From a virus (lineage: Duplodnaviria > Caudoviricetes): 40,966 bases of DNA. Position 1 is the first letter of the stretch. The number at the start of each line of letters is the position of its first letter. The stretch lies in IMG/VR virus record IMGVR_UViG_3300012942_000078, positions 1-40,966 of that record. The stretch is one strand, 5' to 3'. A program made the translations under genes and the position numbers. The notes beneath the pieces were generated by a model. It searched no databases, was not told the DNA's origin, and saw only the letters and a list, made by a program, of their open reading frames with translations. Shown piece by piece: positions 9,601 through 18,568 of the stretch.

Positions 9601-9773
9601 GAGAGCGTCGTCGCCACCAGGAAGGTCGTCACGGCGGCTGTGGTGGTGGTGACGCCGATATAGGACAACGCCGTGACGATAAAGCCCGAGATCGGGTCGG
9701 CCTGCGCCGGCTGGGTGGCGACCAGCATCGCGCCCAGCGCGGCGCCGAACAGGAATTTGCGGCTACGCCTCAT
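6654..9773 (-). CDS. Tail tip / host-specificity protein (J-like)
   Basis: ~1039 aa; GVKLYDP, WAVSNAPA motifs, FN3-like region, coiled-coil C-terminal half. Confidence 0.85.
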   Translation of the reverse strand: MRRSRKFLFGAALGAMLVATQPAQADPISGFIVTALSYIGVTTTTAAVTTFLVATTLSTGLSYLSQVLRGGQQKFGIQTTLQSGGTVPRRFPIGLAQDPGSEAYPARTWGKFDGTPNAYFTRWIALSDLPTTLTGFICDDKVCTYGAGEPDADLGYAIPEFRGGEGRDHLWVKFFDGTQTTADVWSVANFGDDPDYPYGSDQVGYGIAWARVTARIDKYFFSNFPNYKFILGGVKLYDPTLDSTVGGSGAQRWDDPTTWAVSNAPAVVKYNVLRGISYDGQWLYGLQNSHAGCCPLDSWFAAINANKALIEYQPGVPVPQFRCGGMVSVDTAPADLLTELNKCDNGRLTEAGGLFITRSGAIGAPVMSFTDADLLITEAKQFDPSPGQEETYNAVTATWPDPAQNWTMVDAPALFDADLEAADGGKRQILPIAYNFVPYGDQVQGLMKFARDEKRKFRKHTVIAPPRAVVLDPFDAVAWTSTENGYVNKIEEVIPADQDNLDQGLKLTEGDPADYDWNGETDYRTYTPVPIAGQVVPSQAMVGWAVEQAIIYGDDGRAKPGIKVEWGTADIDDVDGVIIEIRLTSSAAIVWSGETPHSIEQFNLGEFIPPANLSADTAYQVRGKYRPISTRDTDWSGWLDITTPDIAIERIDFGPTARQLMDFTGQGFADVLDQLHGVSQTAAELGLGAAANRQEIRRSLQAVGDLTASFDERITVATNEVAALAEDVTALDAALPGKADASALTATNVLVDTQGGQITVLSGQTADLSATIGGSYSPSSTVATAIAAKASSSDLTTTANLLDELNSSYGLSIATARLRFTTEASLGGATTTIGLSAATSDAGGSTNPGLYITASGGDGSVWLVGQRTVITDGLDAASLDSALVISGGTLYIKSIKADTVETNHLKVGSATTVHRGAGSITPNTSAQTIISSDVLNLYGGNPVSIGVTTREVTSGTAHTFTYIVAVTITDGTHSKNYTFTKKVDRDTFADQNECFYFLCDMPASFSGTGTCTVFIQGSIEATGGSNTQEVVVYQEQVLR

Positions 9774-10197
9774 GGTATGGCACCCGAAAAGCCCTAGCCG
9801 CACGGCGCATCGCCACGCTGGCGCGCCCTTTCAGTCCAAGCATCGAAATATGCCCGCCCACCACCATGCCCACGGCCTCGCCGACGCCCTGGCCCGGCGT
9901 TTCGACCAGAGCGATATCCCCGATCTGGACATGTGCCGGGGCGATCTCGGCGAAGATGCTGGCCAGGGCATCGCCCAGGCTGTCGAAGCCTTCCTCGGCC
10001 AGCACCGCCCTGGCGCCTTGCGCATCGCGGTAGCGCCCGCGATAGGGCGCGGCGAAGTCCTCGCCGGTCATGGCTTCCACAGCGCGCGCCACCAGCCGCA
10101 ACAGGCAATCGTCGCCATTCTCCCAGGAGAAAGGCACGGAATCGCAGGCGATCAGCGCGGCTGAGAGCCGCGCCCGCCATCCGGGTTGTCGTTTCAT
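9763..10197 (-). CDS. NlpC/P60-like tail protein (DUF6950-like)
   Basis: PFSW..DCL..A..VEAMTG.D, GDIALV. Confidence 0.75.
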   Translation of the reverse strand: MKRQPGWRARLSAALIACDSVPFSWENGDDCLLRLVARAVEAMTGEDFAAPYRGRYRDAQGARAVLAEEGFDSLGDALASIFAEIAPAHVQIGDIALVETPGQGVGEAVGMVVGGHISMLGLKGRASVAMRRAARAFRVPYHEA

Positions 10198-10823
10198 CAG
10201 TTGCTCTTGTTCGTGCCCCAGGACACCGGGACCTGGCCCGTCGCCGCGACCCAGCGGAAGAAGCGGTCGCCGGCATGGCGCCGCTGCTGGCTTTCGTCGC
10301 TTCGCAGGTCGGCATTGGTGTTGGTCAATTGCCGCGCCAGGCTGACGCAGTTGAGGACGGCCGTCGCCTGTCCGCCGCGCGCCGGGGTGGTGATGGGCGA
10401 GGTGTTGACGAAGCCGGCGAAGCGGCACCGGGCCGGCGCCACCAGCGCGCGCGGATTGGCGATGCTGAAAAGCGCCCGGTAAATCTGGATCGGTGCCCCG
10501 CGCATGTCATAACCGCGCAAGGCGCTTTCCACGTCGGCGTTCAACTGGCTTAGCGTCACGGCGACCTGGCGGATACTGAGGTCGGCGGCGGCGGGAATAT
10601 CGCCAATCGCCACCAGCGCGCCGCGCGAGGTGAAATTACGCGCGACAACCTCCTGGGTCAGACCATCGCGCACCTGGATTGAGCGGTTGCCGGTCCCGGT
10701 CCAGAAACCGAACGGCTTCTGCGCGCCGGTGGCGCGGTCACGCGCCCAGACATAGACCAAGCCGCGAAAGATGATCGACCGCGATTCATAGGCCGCCAGT
10801 TCCTCAGCCGTAAAATCCTTCAT
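10197..10823 (-). CDS. Tail hub-associated protein
   Basis: GFWTG, RSDESQQRRH.GDRFF; position after Dit. Confidence 0.75.
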   Translation of the reverse strand: MKDFTAEELAAYESRSIIFRGLVYVWARDRATGAQKPFGFWTGTGNRSIQVRDGLTQEVVARNFTSRGALVAIGDIPAAADLSIRQVAVTLSQLNADVESALRGYDMRGAPIQIYRALFSIANPRALVAPARCRFAGFVNTSPITTPARGGQATAVLNCVSLARQLTNTNADLRSDESQQRRHAGDRFFRWVAATGQVPVSWGTNKSN

Positions 10824-11479
10824 GGCGTCGGCACCTGAACGGCATCGAACGTGAAGCGGCCCGCCGCGCCATCCTTGGGAAAGTTGACGGAGCCTGGCTG
10901 TATGATCATGTGGCAGGCGGGCCGCTTCACAGCCACGGTATCGCCCACCGCCAGATCGAGCGGGATCGCGCCCCGCACCTCGAACAGATCGGTATCGCCC
11001 TCGGAATCGGCGGTGAAACCTTCCGCCAGCCGCCACAACGCCAGCGCCTGGGGATCGCCGTCGCCATAGGCGGAGGATGCCATGTCGCCGATGCTGCCGG
11101 TGAAACCTTCCGGCAAGTCCGACAGTGACAGGCTGACACCATCCTCGCCTATGGCCTTGATGGTGGCCGTCAGACCGGTGAAGTCCGCACCCGTGGGCCA
11201 GGAGCCCTTGGGATACAAGGCCGGATAATAGGCAGTGAAGTCATAGCCCAGGAACAAGCGACGGCCATTATCCAGCCCGGCCATTTTTCCGCGCCAATAG
11301 CGCAGTTCGTTGGCGGTCAGCCACTTGCTGGCGCCATGCCCGATCCACACCGGATCGGCCATCGACTTGACGATGGTGGTGTTGGCGCCATCCGTCGAGG
11401 CTTGATCGTTAGTCAGAAGGGCGAGCGAGAACCATCCCGGAAAACCATCCAGGATATCCTGCACCTGTGGAAGTGCCAT
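10820..11479 (-). CDS. Distal tail protein-like
   Basis: Directly after the tape measure; coupled. Confidence 0.65.
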   Translation of the reverse strand: MALPQVQDILDGFPGWFSLALLTNDQASTDGANTTIVKSMADPVWIGHGASKWLTANELRYWRGKMAGLDNGRRLFLGYDFTAYYPALYPKGSWPTGADFTGLTATIKAIGEDGVSLSLSDLPEGFTGSIGDMASSAYGDGDPQALALWRLAEGFTADSEGDTDLFEVRGAIPLDLAVGDTVAVKRPACHMIIQPGSVNFPKDGAAGRFTFDAVQVPTP

Positions 11480-13677
11480 CAATAACCCCGGTATGGATCG
11501 GTCACGAGTTGCCGGACACGGCCTGGCAACACATGCGTGTTGAACTGTTGCAGCCGCGTGGCGGCCGCCGTCGCGCCGGCGCGCTCGGCACGTGCCACGA
11601 TCTCATCCGTCACCACCGCGCCCGACAGATCGAAATGCTGCACGACCGTGGGCGCGCCCAGCCGCTCGGCGGCGGACGGAATGGGGGCCAGCCGGGGAAT
11701 TTTGAGATTCACCGGAATGGCGCCATCCTTCAGCGGCACGAAGGCTTCGGGGCCATCGCCTTCCCCGAACAGCGCCAGTTGCGGCGTATTGGCCACGCCG
11801 CCCCCGGCATATTTGCGCAGCGCGATCGGTCCCCGGCTGGTCATGATGCCGCCATCGGCGAAGCCGAAAAACGACGTGATGCCGTCGCTGAGCCAGTGGC
11901 TGGCCCCGCTGATCGCGCCGCCCAGTAGACCGCCGCCCGCCGTGCCCGATTGCCCAAACAGGCTGTCCAGCAGCGGCTGCATGACATACAGTTTCATGAT
12001 GGTCTGGGCGAGCTGGTCCAGAAAGTCAGCCGCGGCATCCTTCATGCTCTTGAAGCCGTGCAATCCGGCCACGGCGACATTCTCCATCCCCTGGCGCAGA
12101 TTGTTGGTAAGATCGATATTGTTCTGCAGCTGCTGCTGATAGCGCCAATCGGCGGCCAGCAGCTTCTGGTTCTTCTGGATATTGATGGTTTCGATCTGGT
12201 CGGCGGCGGCGGCGGCCACATTCACCAGTTGCTGTTCGGACGCCGCCTCGATCTTGGCCCGTTCGTCCGCCTTCTGCTGCTCCGAGACTTTCAGGGCATC
12301 CAGCGCCGCCAGGTCCGCGTCCCGGCGGCTGGCGATGGCGGCAATATCGGCATCCTTGCGCTGGTTGATCTTGTCGATGTCCAGCGCCGCCGTCTGGGTG
12401 ATCTGGGCTTGCAGCATGCCATAATAGGCCGCCGTCCCCTTGGCGGCATCGGGCGCCGCATCCAGCGTGGCCTTGACCATGTCGCCATAGGCATCCTGGC
12501 CTTTGGCGGCGCTCGCCGCCACGTCCTGATCCAGGCTCCGGTTCAGCGCCGCGATGCGGGCCGCCGCGCGCTTGGCGGCATCGGCATCCAGGACACCGCC
12601 AATCCCACCCCCAGCGGCCGGCGGCGCGGTCTTTCCGGCTTCGGGAACGCCGCCCTGGCCGATCAGGCCATCCATGACATGTTTGGAGGTGGCAAACCCC
12701 GCAATGCCACCGAGCAAGCCGCCAACGCCGATTCCAACGGCGGCGCCCCCAGGACCGAAGAAAGACCCGATTTCACCGCCCAGCATGGCGCCACCCTTGG
12801 CGCTGCGGAAGGCGACAAAGGCTTCGATCAGCAGCGGAAGATAAGGCGCCATCTTCACGATGGCGCCGCTGACCTCGCCCATCACCTGGCCAAAAGTCTG
12901 GATGCTCTGCTGGAATTGCGGCGTCTCGATTTCGCCGGCGAAGCCGGCGAAGCCGTTCATGAAGCCGACCAGTGCCTCGGTCTTGATGTCCTGCCAGGCG
13001 TCGAACAGCTGGTTGATCTTTTCCAGCTTGTCGGTGGGCAGCACCATGCCGAGTTTTTCGAACTGCGCCACCGCCTGGGCGATCCCCTTCGACCCTTGTG
13101 TCAGCCAGCCCAGATTGGCGATGCCGCCGCCGCCCAGCGCCATTTTGGCCACCGCCGCCTGCTGCGCCTTCGGCAGGGCGGCCAGCTTGTCGGACAGGTC
13201 CAGCAACGCCTGTTCAGGCCCATGGCGGATATCCACCCCCAGCTTGCTCATGACCTGGCTGAAGGGCGTCGTCTTCAGTTGCGCCTGCCCCACCGCCGCC
13301 GTGAAATGCGAAAGGCTATCGTTCAAGGTACCCTGGTCCACGCCGGCGCGACGGGCCAATATCCCCCAGCCCTGAAGATTCTCGGCCGAATAGCCCAGCG
13401 CTTTCGACGTGTTCAGCGTGCTGTCCGCCAGCGCATGGCTGCCGTCGATTAGGCCGCGGAACAATTCAATCCCGCCGATGGCCGCGAGCGATTTCTTGAA
13501 CCCATCGGCGATGCCGCTGAATCCCTTCGCCAGCTTGCTGTTGGTCTGGATCTGTTGCTGCACGATCTTGTCGCAACTGTCCTTGAAGACCTTCTCGGCC
13601 TTTTGCAGGTCCTTTTGCAGGTCGTTATAATTGGCCGTCATCTGCACGACCAGTTGAGCCAGATCGTCTTCGTCCAT
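11479..13677 (-). CDS. Tail tape measure protein
   Basis: 732 aa Ala/Gly-rich helical; C-terminal FADGG...GEGDGPEAFVPL. Confidence 0.9.
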   Translation of the reverse strand: MDEDDLAQLVVQMTANYNDLQKDLQKAEKVFKDSCDKIVQQQIQTNSKLAKGFSGIADGFKKSLAAIGGIELFRGLIDGSHALADSTLNTSKALGYSAENLQGWGILARRAGVDQGTLNDSLSHFTAAVGQAQLKTTPFSQVMSKLGVDIRHGPEQALLDLSDKLAALPKAQQAAVAKMALGGGGIANLGWLTQGSKGIAQAVAQFEKLGMVLPTDKLEKINQLFDAWQDIKTEALVGFMNGFAGFAGEIETPQFQQSIQTFGQVMGEVSGAIVKMAPYLPLLIEAFVAFRSAKGGAMLGGEIGSFFGPGGAAVGIGVGGLLGGIAGFATSKHVMDGLIGQGGVPEAGKTAPPAAGGGIGGVLDADAAKRAAARIAALNRSLDQDVAASAAKGQDAYGDMVKATLDAAPDAAKGTAAYYGMLQAQITQTAALDIDKINQRKDADIAAIASRRDADLAALDALKVSEQQKADERAKIEAASEQQLVNVAAAAADQIETINIQKNQKLLAADWRYQQQLQNNIDLTNNLRQGMENVAVAGLHGFKSMKDAAADFLDQLAQTIMKLYVMQPLLDSLFGQSGTAGGGLLGGAISGASHWLSDGITSFFGFADGGIMTSRGPIALRKYAGGGVANTPQLALFGEGDGPEAFVPLKDGAIPVNLKIPRLAPIPSAAERLGAPTVVQHFDLSGAVVTDEIVARAERAGATAAATRLQQFNTHVLPGRVRQLVTDPYRGY

Positions 13678-13681
13678 CGCT

Positions 13682-13924
13682 TCAAGCCAATCCGTGTTCG
13701 CGTTTCATCGCTTCGAAAGCGTCATCGCTGGGGGCTTCGGTCTTTTCGACCGTATTGGCGGCGCACCACCCATCCCAGCAGGCCATGAATTGCCACAGCG
13801 ACATGGCGCCGGCCTGGGCGGGGGTGAACCCCATTATGGCGCCGCGGGCATAGACGGCGGCGAAGGAGAGTTTTCCGCCGGCGCGCCCGCTGCCGCCGCC
13901 TCCATCGCCGCCTGATCTTTTCCC
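13682..13924 (-). CDS. Tail assembly chaperone T segment (reached by -1 frameshift)
   Basis: -1 frame open from slippery GGGAAAA (13924-13918); MGFTP...MSLWQFMAC. Confidence 0.7.
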   Translation of the reverse strand, partial: GKRSGGDGGGGSGRAGGKLSFAAVYARGAIMGFTPAQAGAMSLWQFMACWDGWCAANTVEKTEAPSDDAFEAMKREHGLA

Positions 13925-14244
13925 ACCGGATCGTCCGGCACGCCCGATATCGCCGCCATCAGCACCGCGCGGGCCGGCATATAGGATTCCGCGCGCGGAC
14001 GGGCATCGACATAACGCGCCACCAGGCTGACGGCGGCGCCAGGCGTGACCGCGCCGCCGCCGATCAGTCCCAGGCGGATGATCTCGCGCAGGTCGCGGGC
14101 ATGGGGCACACCCGCGAGCAAGCGGGCCAGGATCGCTTCCGGTCCCGCGCCGCATTTTTCCTGCAATTCCTCCAACTGGGCCAGCGGCAGCGCGAAGCGG
14201 TATTCCGCCCCATCGGCCCAGGGAAAGGTGACGGCACAATCCAT
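13834..14244 (-). CDS. Tail assembly chaperone G (GTA-gp10-like)
   Basis: WADGAEYRFAL..LEELQE..G.GP, IRLGLIGGG. Confidence 0.85.
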   Translation of the reverse strand: MDCAVTFPWADGAEYRFALPLAQLEELQEKCGAGPEAILARLLAGVPHARDLREIIRLGLIGGGAVTPGAAVSLVARYVDARPRAESYMPARAVLMAAISGVPDDPVGKDQAAMEAAAAGAPAENSPSPPSMPAAP

Positions 14245-14696
14245 TATGTACCCGCCGTGAAGATGAGCGCGCCATGGCTGCGGAAGGTCAGCGACACGGT
14301 GCAGGTGGTACGGCCGGTGCCGCCCGGGCCCGTGACCTGGAAGTCGGTCAGCTTCAGCCCGCCGTCGATGTGCGGCGCGGTCGCGCCGCCGAACCAGATC
14401 TGCGCGTTCTTGGCGTCATCCGACGCCAGCCAGGTGAAATAATCGTCCAGCGAAGCCAGGTCCAGCTTGCCGCTGCCGCTGACCTGGAGCGACATGCCGG
14501 TTTTATAGAAATCGGCCCAGGCCGGGGCGTCGGGATCGGCGGGGTCATAGACATAGTCTTCCTGGCCGCTGGTCGAGAATTGCAGGCCGCGGTCGGTATT
14601 GATCATCACCGGATGGGCGAAGGATTCATCCTCTGCGGCGCCATCGCCGATCTTGATGAACAGGCTCGTGCCCAACAACGTGGCGGGTTTGGTCAT
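14244..14696 (-). CDS. Major tail tube protein
   Basis: IKIGDGA, DPDAPAW, VSGSG. Confidence 0.85.
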   Translation of the reverse strand: MTKPATLLGTSLFIKIGDGAAEDESFAHPVMINTDRGLQFSTSGQEDYVYDPADPDAPAWADFYKTGMSLQVSGSGKLDLASLDDYFTWLASDDAKNAQIWFGGATAPHIDGGLKLTDFQVTGPGGTGRTTCTVSLTFRSHGALIFTAGT

Positions 14697-14722
14697 GACA
14701 TCTTCCTTTCAGGGTTTGAGGA

Positions 14723-15127
14723 TTAAAGTTCCGCGACGCCGCGCAGCATCAGGATGGCGTGCTTGGTGATGCCGTCGCCGTCGGTTTCGAAATTGTCGAT
14801 ATAACGGGTCAGCGACAGCATGCGGTTGCTGTCCAGCGCCACGCCCGGACGCAGGGCGCCGAATATGGCGGCGGCGATCTGCTTGGCCTCGACGCTGCCG
14901 ACGGCCCGCGACCAGACATCTATCTTGGGCAGGATTTCATAGCCTTCATAGTCGTCCGCCAGGTCGGCCTGGATGCTGCCGATCTCGACCTTGACGAACG
15001 GAAAGAGCACGTCGGACGGCACATCGTCATAGACCCGCGCCGGATCGCCCAGGAATGCCCTGACGCCGGCATCGGCTTTCAGCGCGGCGATGATCGCGTC
15101 CGTCACCGCCAGGGAGATATCGCTCAT
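14723..15127 (-). CDS. Tail terminator (DUF3168)
   Basis: ALKADAGV..RVYDDVP...FP, DVWSR, DGITKHA. Confidence 0.85.
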   Translation of the reverse strand: MSDISLAVTDAIIAALKADAGVRAFLGDPARVYDDVPSDVLFPFVKVEIGSIQADLADDYEGYEILPKIDVWSRAVGSVEAKQIAAAIFGALRPGVALDSNRMLSLTRYIDNFETDGDGITKHAILMLRGVAEL

Positions 15128-15747
15128 GCCGCCGCCCTGGCGCCATCCTTGATCGCCTTGCGCCAGGCGCGGCGGATCGCCTTGCGCGCCTCTTTGCGCT
15201 TCACCTTCCAGGCCCCATAAAAGAAGTGATAGCCCTTGGTTCCCGGATGGGTGCGATAAACGGCGCGGGCATGGGTGACCTGGTAATATTCCGGCGCCGT
15301 CACCCACTTGCCATTGACCTGACGGTAGGCCTTTTTCCGGCGCCGCCGCATATAGGTATAGCTGTAGGCCGAATCTTTCCTGCCAGGCCGGGTGCCGAAT
15401 TCGATCCAGCGCGCGTAATAGACATCGGCCGAGCCGGCATAGAGCGTCAGCACCAGCGCCGCGCCGGCAAATTTCACACGCTTTTTGGACCGGCTTCGCA
15501 GCACCGCCGCGCCGAACTTCGGCTCGCCCCAGGTCCAGCCTATGGAGTTGCGCAAGGCGCCCGCCTTCCGGTCCTTGTGCGGGCGTTTCAGCACCGGCGC
15601 CAGGGCACGCATGACGGAAACGGTCTTGTCCGCTTCCAGCGCCATGGCCTGCTTCAGTTCCGGCGCGACGGATTTGGCGATGGCCTGAAGCCGCGCCGCC
15701 ACCTGGCGCGCGGCGGCGCTGGTGTTGACCTTCATATGGACGGCCAT
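15124..15747 (-). CDS. HK97 gp10-like tail completion protein
   Basis: GALRNSI, YYARWIEFGT, basic. Confidence 0.85.
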   Translation of the reverse strand: MAVHMKVNTSAAARQVAARLQAIAKSVAPELKQAMALEADKTVSVMRALAPVLKRPHKDRKAGALRNSIGWTWGEPKFGAAVLRSRSKKRVKFAGAALVLTLYAGSADVYYARWIEFGTRPGRKDSAYSYTYMRRRRKKAYRQVNGKWVTAPEYYQVTHARAVYRTHPGTKGYHFFYGAWKVKRKEARKAIRRAWRKAIKDGARAAA

Positions 15748-15762
15748 GGCAGGCAGTCTCCC

Positions 15763-16107
15763 TCAATCGTTGGCGATGCCGGCCGTGGCCAGCAGTTGGA
15801 TCCATTGGTGGCGATCGTCATAGGCCGCCGCGGTGATGTTGAAGACGCGCTTGACATCGCGGGCGTCCAGGATGCGCCAGGACGTATCGATGGCCCGTGC
15901 GCCAATGCTATGGCGGATGGTGATGGCATAGGGCTGAATGCCCGCAAGCCGCTGTGCCTGGACCGCCTCATTGCCCTTCAGCGGCGAGACCCGTGCCGCA
16001 ACCGTGAACTGGGTTTGCCAGCCGCCCTTGACGTTTCCATGGCCGTCATCGGCTTCGACGCGCTTCTGGAACACCAAGCGGTCGCGCAGATCCCCGGCTT
16101 CGGTCAT
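15763..16107 (-). CDS. Head-tail adaptor / head closure (SPP1 gp16-like)
   Basis: AGDLRDRLVFQ, DGHGN. Confidence 0.85.
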   Translation of the reverse strand: MTEAGDLRDRLVFQKRVEADDGHGNVKGGWQTQFTVAARVSPLKGNEAVQAQRLAGIQPYAITIRHSIGARAIDTSWRILDARDVKRVFNITAAAYDDRHQWIQLLATAGIAND

Positions 16108-16661
16108 GACCAGGCCTCGGCCAGCATCAGGTCAGCCACGCCGAGCGGGACTTCCTTCAAATCGCCCCCGGTCGCTTCACGGTTCTGATAAAGATGCCCC
16201 ACCATCAAAAGGATCGCGGCGCGGACATGGGCTTCCACGGCATTTGCCGCGCCGCCCACGGTAAAGGTGACGGCCACCGGCTTCGGCCCGGGCCACGCCA
16301 GCGGCCAGATAGAACCCAAGGCGGGATAGATGACTGCCGCCTCGCCCTGGCTGGTGATGAGATAGGCCGATTCCTCCAGCGTCGAAACGCTGCCGTCGGC
16401 ATTGGTGAATGTCACCGAGTCCACCGCCGCCACCGGCGCCAGGGGCAGGCGCAAGCCGCACATCGGAAAATTCTGGATCACCCATTCGATGGTCTGGGTG
16501 CAATAGCGCCGCTGCACGCGGTTTTCCACGGCGCGGGTCGCTGCGGCGATCAACGCCGTGATCGTGGCGTCTTCATCTTCGAAATCGACGCGCAAATGAG
16601 CCTTCGCCTGTTCCAGCGTCACCGGCATTTCGGTTGGCGGCGTCACAAGGCGAAGGCTCAT
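16104..16661 (-). CDS. Head-tail connector (gp6/gp15-like)
   Basis: PVTLEQAKAHLRVD, AILLMVGHLYQNRE. Confidence 0.9.
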   Translation of the reverse strand: MSLRLVTPPTEMPVTLEQAKAHLRVDFEDEDATITALIAAATRAVENRVQRRYCTQTIEWVIQNFPMCGLRLPLAPVAAVDSVTFTNADGSVSTLEESAYLITSQGEAAVIYPALGSIWPLAWPGPKPVAVTFTVGGAANAVEAHVRAAILLMVGHLYQNREATGGDLKEVPLGVADLMLAEAWS

Positions 16662-16672
16662 GCTTGCGGCCC

Positions 16673-17098
16673 TCAGACGGTTTCGGCCAGGCTGTCGGCC
16701 GCATTATCGCCCGCCACGCCATAAGCGGCATCGAAGCCCTGCACCGTGCCCGCGATCAGGGTGGCGGCGGTGGCGGGCGTGATGGTCAGGCGGAAGAACT
16801 TGAATCCGTTGGCGAAGTCCAAATCCTCCTGCTTCAGGTCGATCTGTGCCTGCTTGCTGCCGGCGACAAGCTGGGTGATCGCCTTGGCGGCTACATCCTT
16901 GGCGCCGGCGCCGGCATTCGAGGTCGCCTGTTCCAGTTTGGCATCGACGGTGGCGTCTTCGCCCAGAGCACCGACCGACACCGTGGCCAGATAGTTGAGG
17001 AAGGTGGTTGCGTCGATCCATCCGCTGGATTTGGCGGCGGCCGAAGATTGCGGGTCGATGACGGCCACGATGGTAGCGCGCTGACTGGGGTTGAGCAT
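16673..17098 (-). CDS. Probable capsid decoration/accessory protein
   Basis: Immediately downstream of MCP; strong GAAAGGA RBS. Confidence 0.65.
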   Translation of the reverse strand: MLNPSQRATIVAVIDPQSSAAAKSSGWIDATTFLNYLATVSVGALGEDATVDAKLEQATSNAGAGAKDVAAKAITQLVAGSKQAQIDLKQEDLDFANGFKFFRLTITPATAATLIAGTVQGFDAAYGVAGDNAADSLAETV

Positions 17099-17170
17099 GA
17101 TTTGTCCTTTCGGAAAAGTGTTGCGGAAATTGACGCGGGACCGGCGGGCCCCGCGCCAGAAGACCGGGCG

Positions 17171-18478
17171 CTAAGCGCGGTCGGCCAGGGTGACGAAGTG
17201 CGACTTGGTGTTGGCGCCCTTCGCTGCCGCCACCGGCCCCGACAGATAGGGCTGGCCGCCCAACCGGAAGGTCCAGCGGAAGGCCTGGATGCCGTAATCG
17301 AAGAACAGGTGGATTGACGCGGCGAAATCGATCCCGCCGCCCTGCTTGGTCGCGGCCAGATAGCCGGACAGGTCGGAGACCACGATATCGCCCTTGTCGC
17401 CCAGCTTGCTGCAATGCTCGCTGAAGATGGTGGGTTTGCCGCGAATCGACCCCTCATAGGGCGAGGCCCCGCCGGGTTGGGTGTTCGGCAGGAAGAACGG
17501 GATATTGCCGATGGTGAGCGAGGCGAGTTGCGGCTCAACATCGGAATTGGCCAGCCAGATCGGACGCCCGCCCATGCGCAGCACGCGGCTGGACATGTTC
17601 AGGATGTTGTTGACCGACAGCGTATCGGCCGCCTGGGCATTATCCTTGGCCACTGTGACCAGGGCGTTGGAGTTCATGAAGCCCAGCGGCTTGCCGTTGC
17701 CGTCGCCCCACATGATGGCCTCCGAAGCTTGCCAGCGGATCGCCTGCGCCGCCTTGACGGTCAGACGGTTCTGCAAGCGCGGCGCATCTTGCAGGACTTC
17801 GTCCGTCGCCAGGACAAACGCATACAACTCGTGAAGCTGAAGCATCATCTGGCTGACGGCCGCCTTGCTGGCGGTCATCTGGGCGGCTTCCGCCCGCCAG
17901 AAGGCCTGCACCCCCGCCGCGCCCCAGGGCGTGGTTTCATCCTTGGGTACCTGGATGGCATTGGAGGTGGTGGGTTCGGGCGTGACCATGCCCAGAATGT
18001 CGGTGGGGTCGAACGCCAGTTCCCAGATGTTCTGGCGATATTCCACCGGCACCAGGAAGCCTTCACCCGCGCCGCCCTGGTTCTGGTGGAAGTTGGCCGG
18101 TGCCGCCAGACGCGGATCGATCTGATGGTTGACATAGGCGTTGCGCACCGACACCGCGAATTCCGACAGGTTCTTGAACCCATCGGTGGTGGTAGGATTG
18201 GGCTCATCGCTGCGCGCGGCGCTGCCGGCGGGCACGATGGCGCTGTTGGCGAAAAGACCTGCGCGGCGGGCCTGGCGTTCTTCCGCCGCGATCTCGGCGG
18301 ACAGGGATTCCACATCGCCTTCCAGCGCCGTGACTTCCTTGTCCAGCACATCGATGCGGGCCTTCTCGGCATCGCTCGCGTCGGACTTGGCCAGCAGGCC
18401 GTTCAGTTCCTCGGTCTTGCCGCGCCCCGCCGCCTTCTTGTCGGCAAGCTGCTGACGCAGTTTCTTCAGATCCTTCAT
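17171..18478 (-). CDS. HK97-fold major capsid protein
   Basis: N-terminal coiled delta domain, GEGFLVP, GDGNGKPLG. Confidence 0.95.
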   Translation of the reverse strand: MKDLKKLRQQLADKKAAGRGKTEELNGLLAKSDASDAEKARIDVLDKEVTALEGDVESLSAEIAAEERQARRAGLFANSAIVPAGSAARSDEPNPTTTDGFKNLSEFAVSVRNAYVNHQIDPRLAAPANFHQNQGGAGEGFLVPVEYRQNIWELAFDPTDILGMVTPEPTTSNAIQVPKDETTPWGAAGVQAFWRAEAAQMTASKAAVSQMMLQLHELYAFVLATDEVLQDAPRLQNRLTVKAAQAIRWQASEAIMWGDGNGKPLGFMNSNALVTVAKDNAQAADTLSVNNILNMSSRVLRMGGRPIWLANSDVEPQLASLTIGNIPFFLPNTQPGGASPYEGSIRGKPTIFSEHCSKLGDKGDIVVSDLSGYLAATKQGGGIDFAASIHLFFDYGIQAFRWTFRLGGQPYLSGPVAAAKGANTKSHFVTLADRA

Positions 18479-18568
18479 GGATCACACTCCTGTTGATCCG
18501 GGGCAACAAGCCTTCGCCCTGCGGCCCCGGTGGACGCAGGCGGCGGTCGTGAAAGCGGTTATGTGCGG

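Noticed and set aside
7746-13452. Long plus-strand ORFs (683 aa, 500 aa) opposite the tail genes
   Set aside because: High-GC antisense shadows of the tail tip and tape measure genes; no motifs
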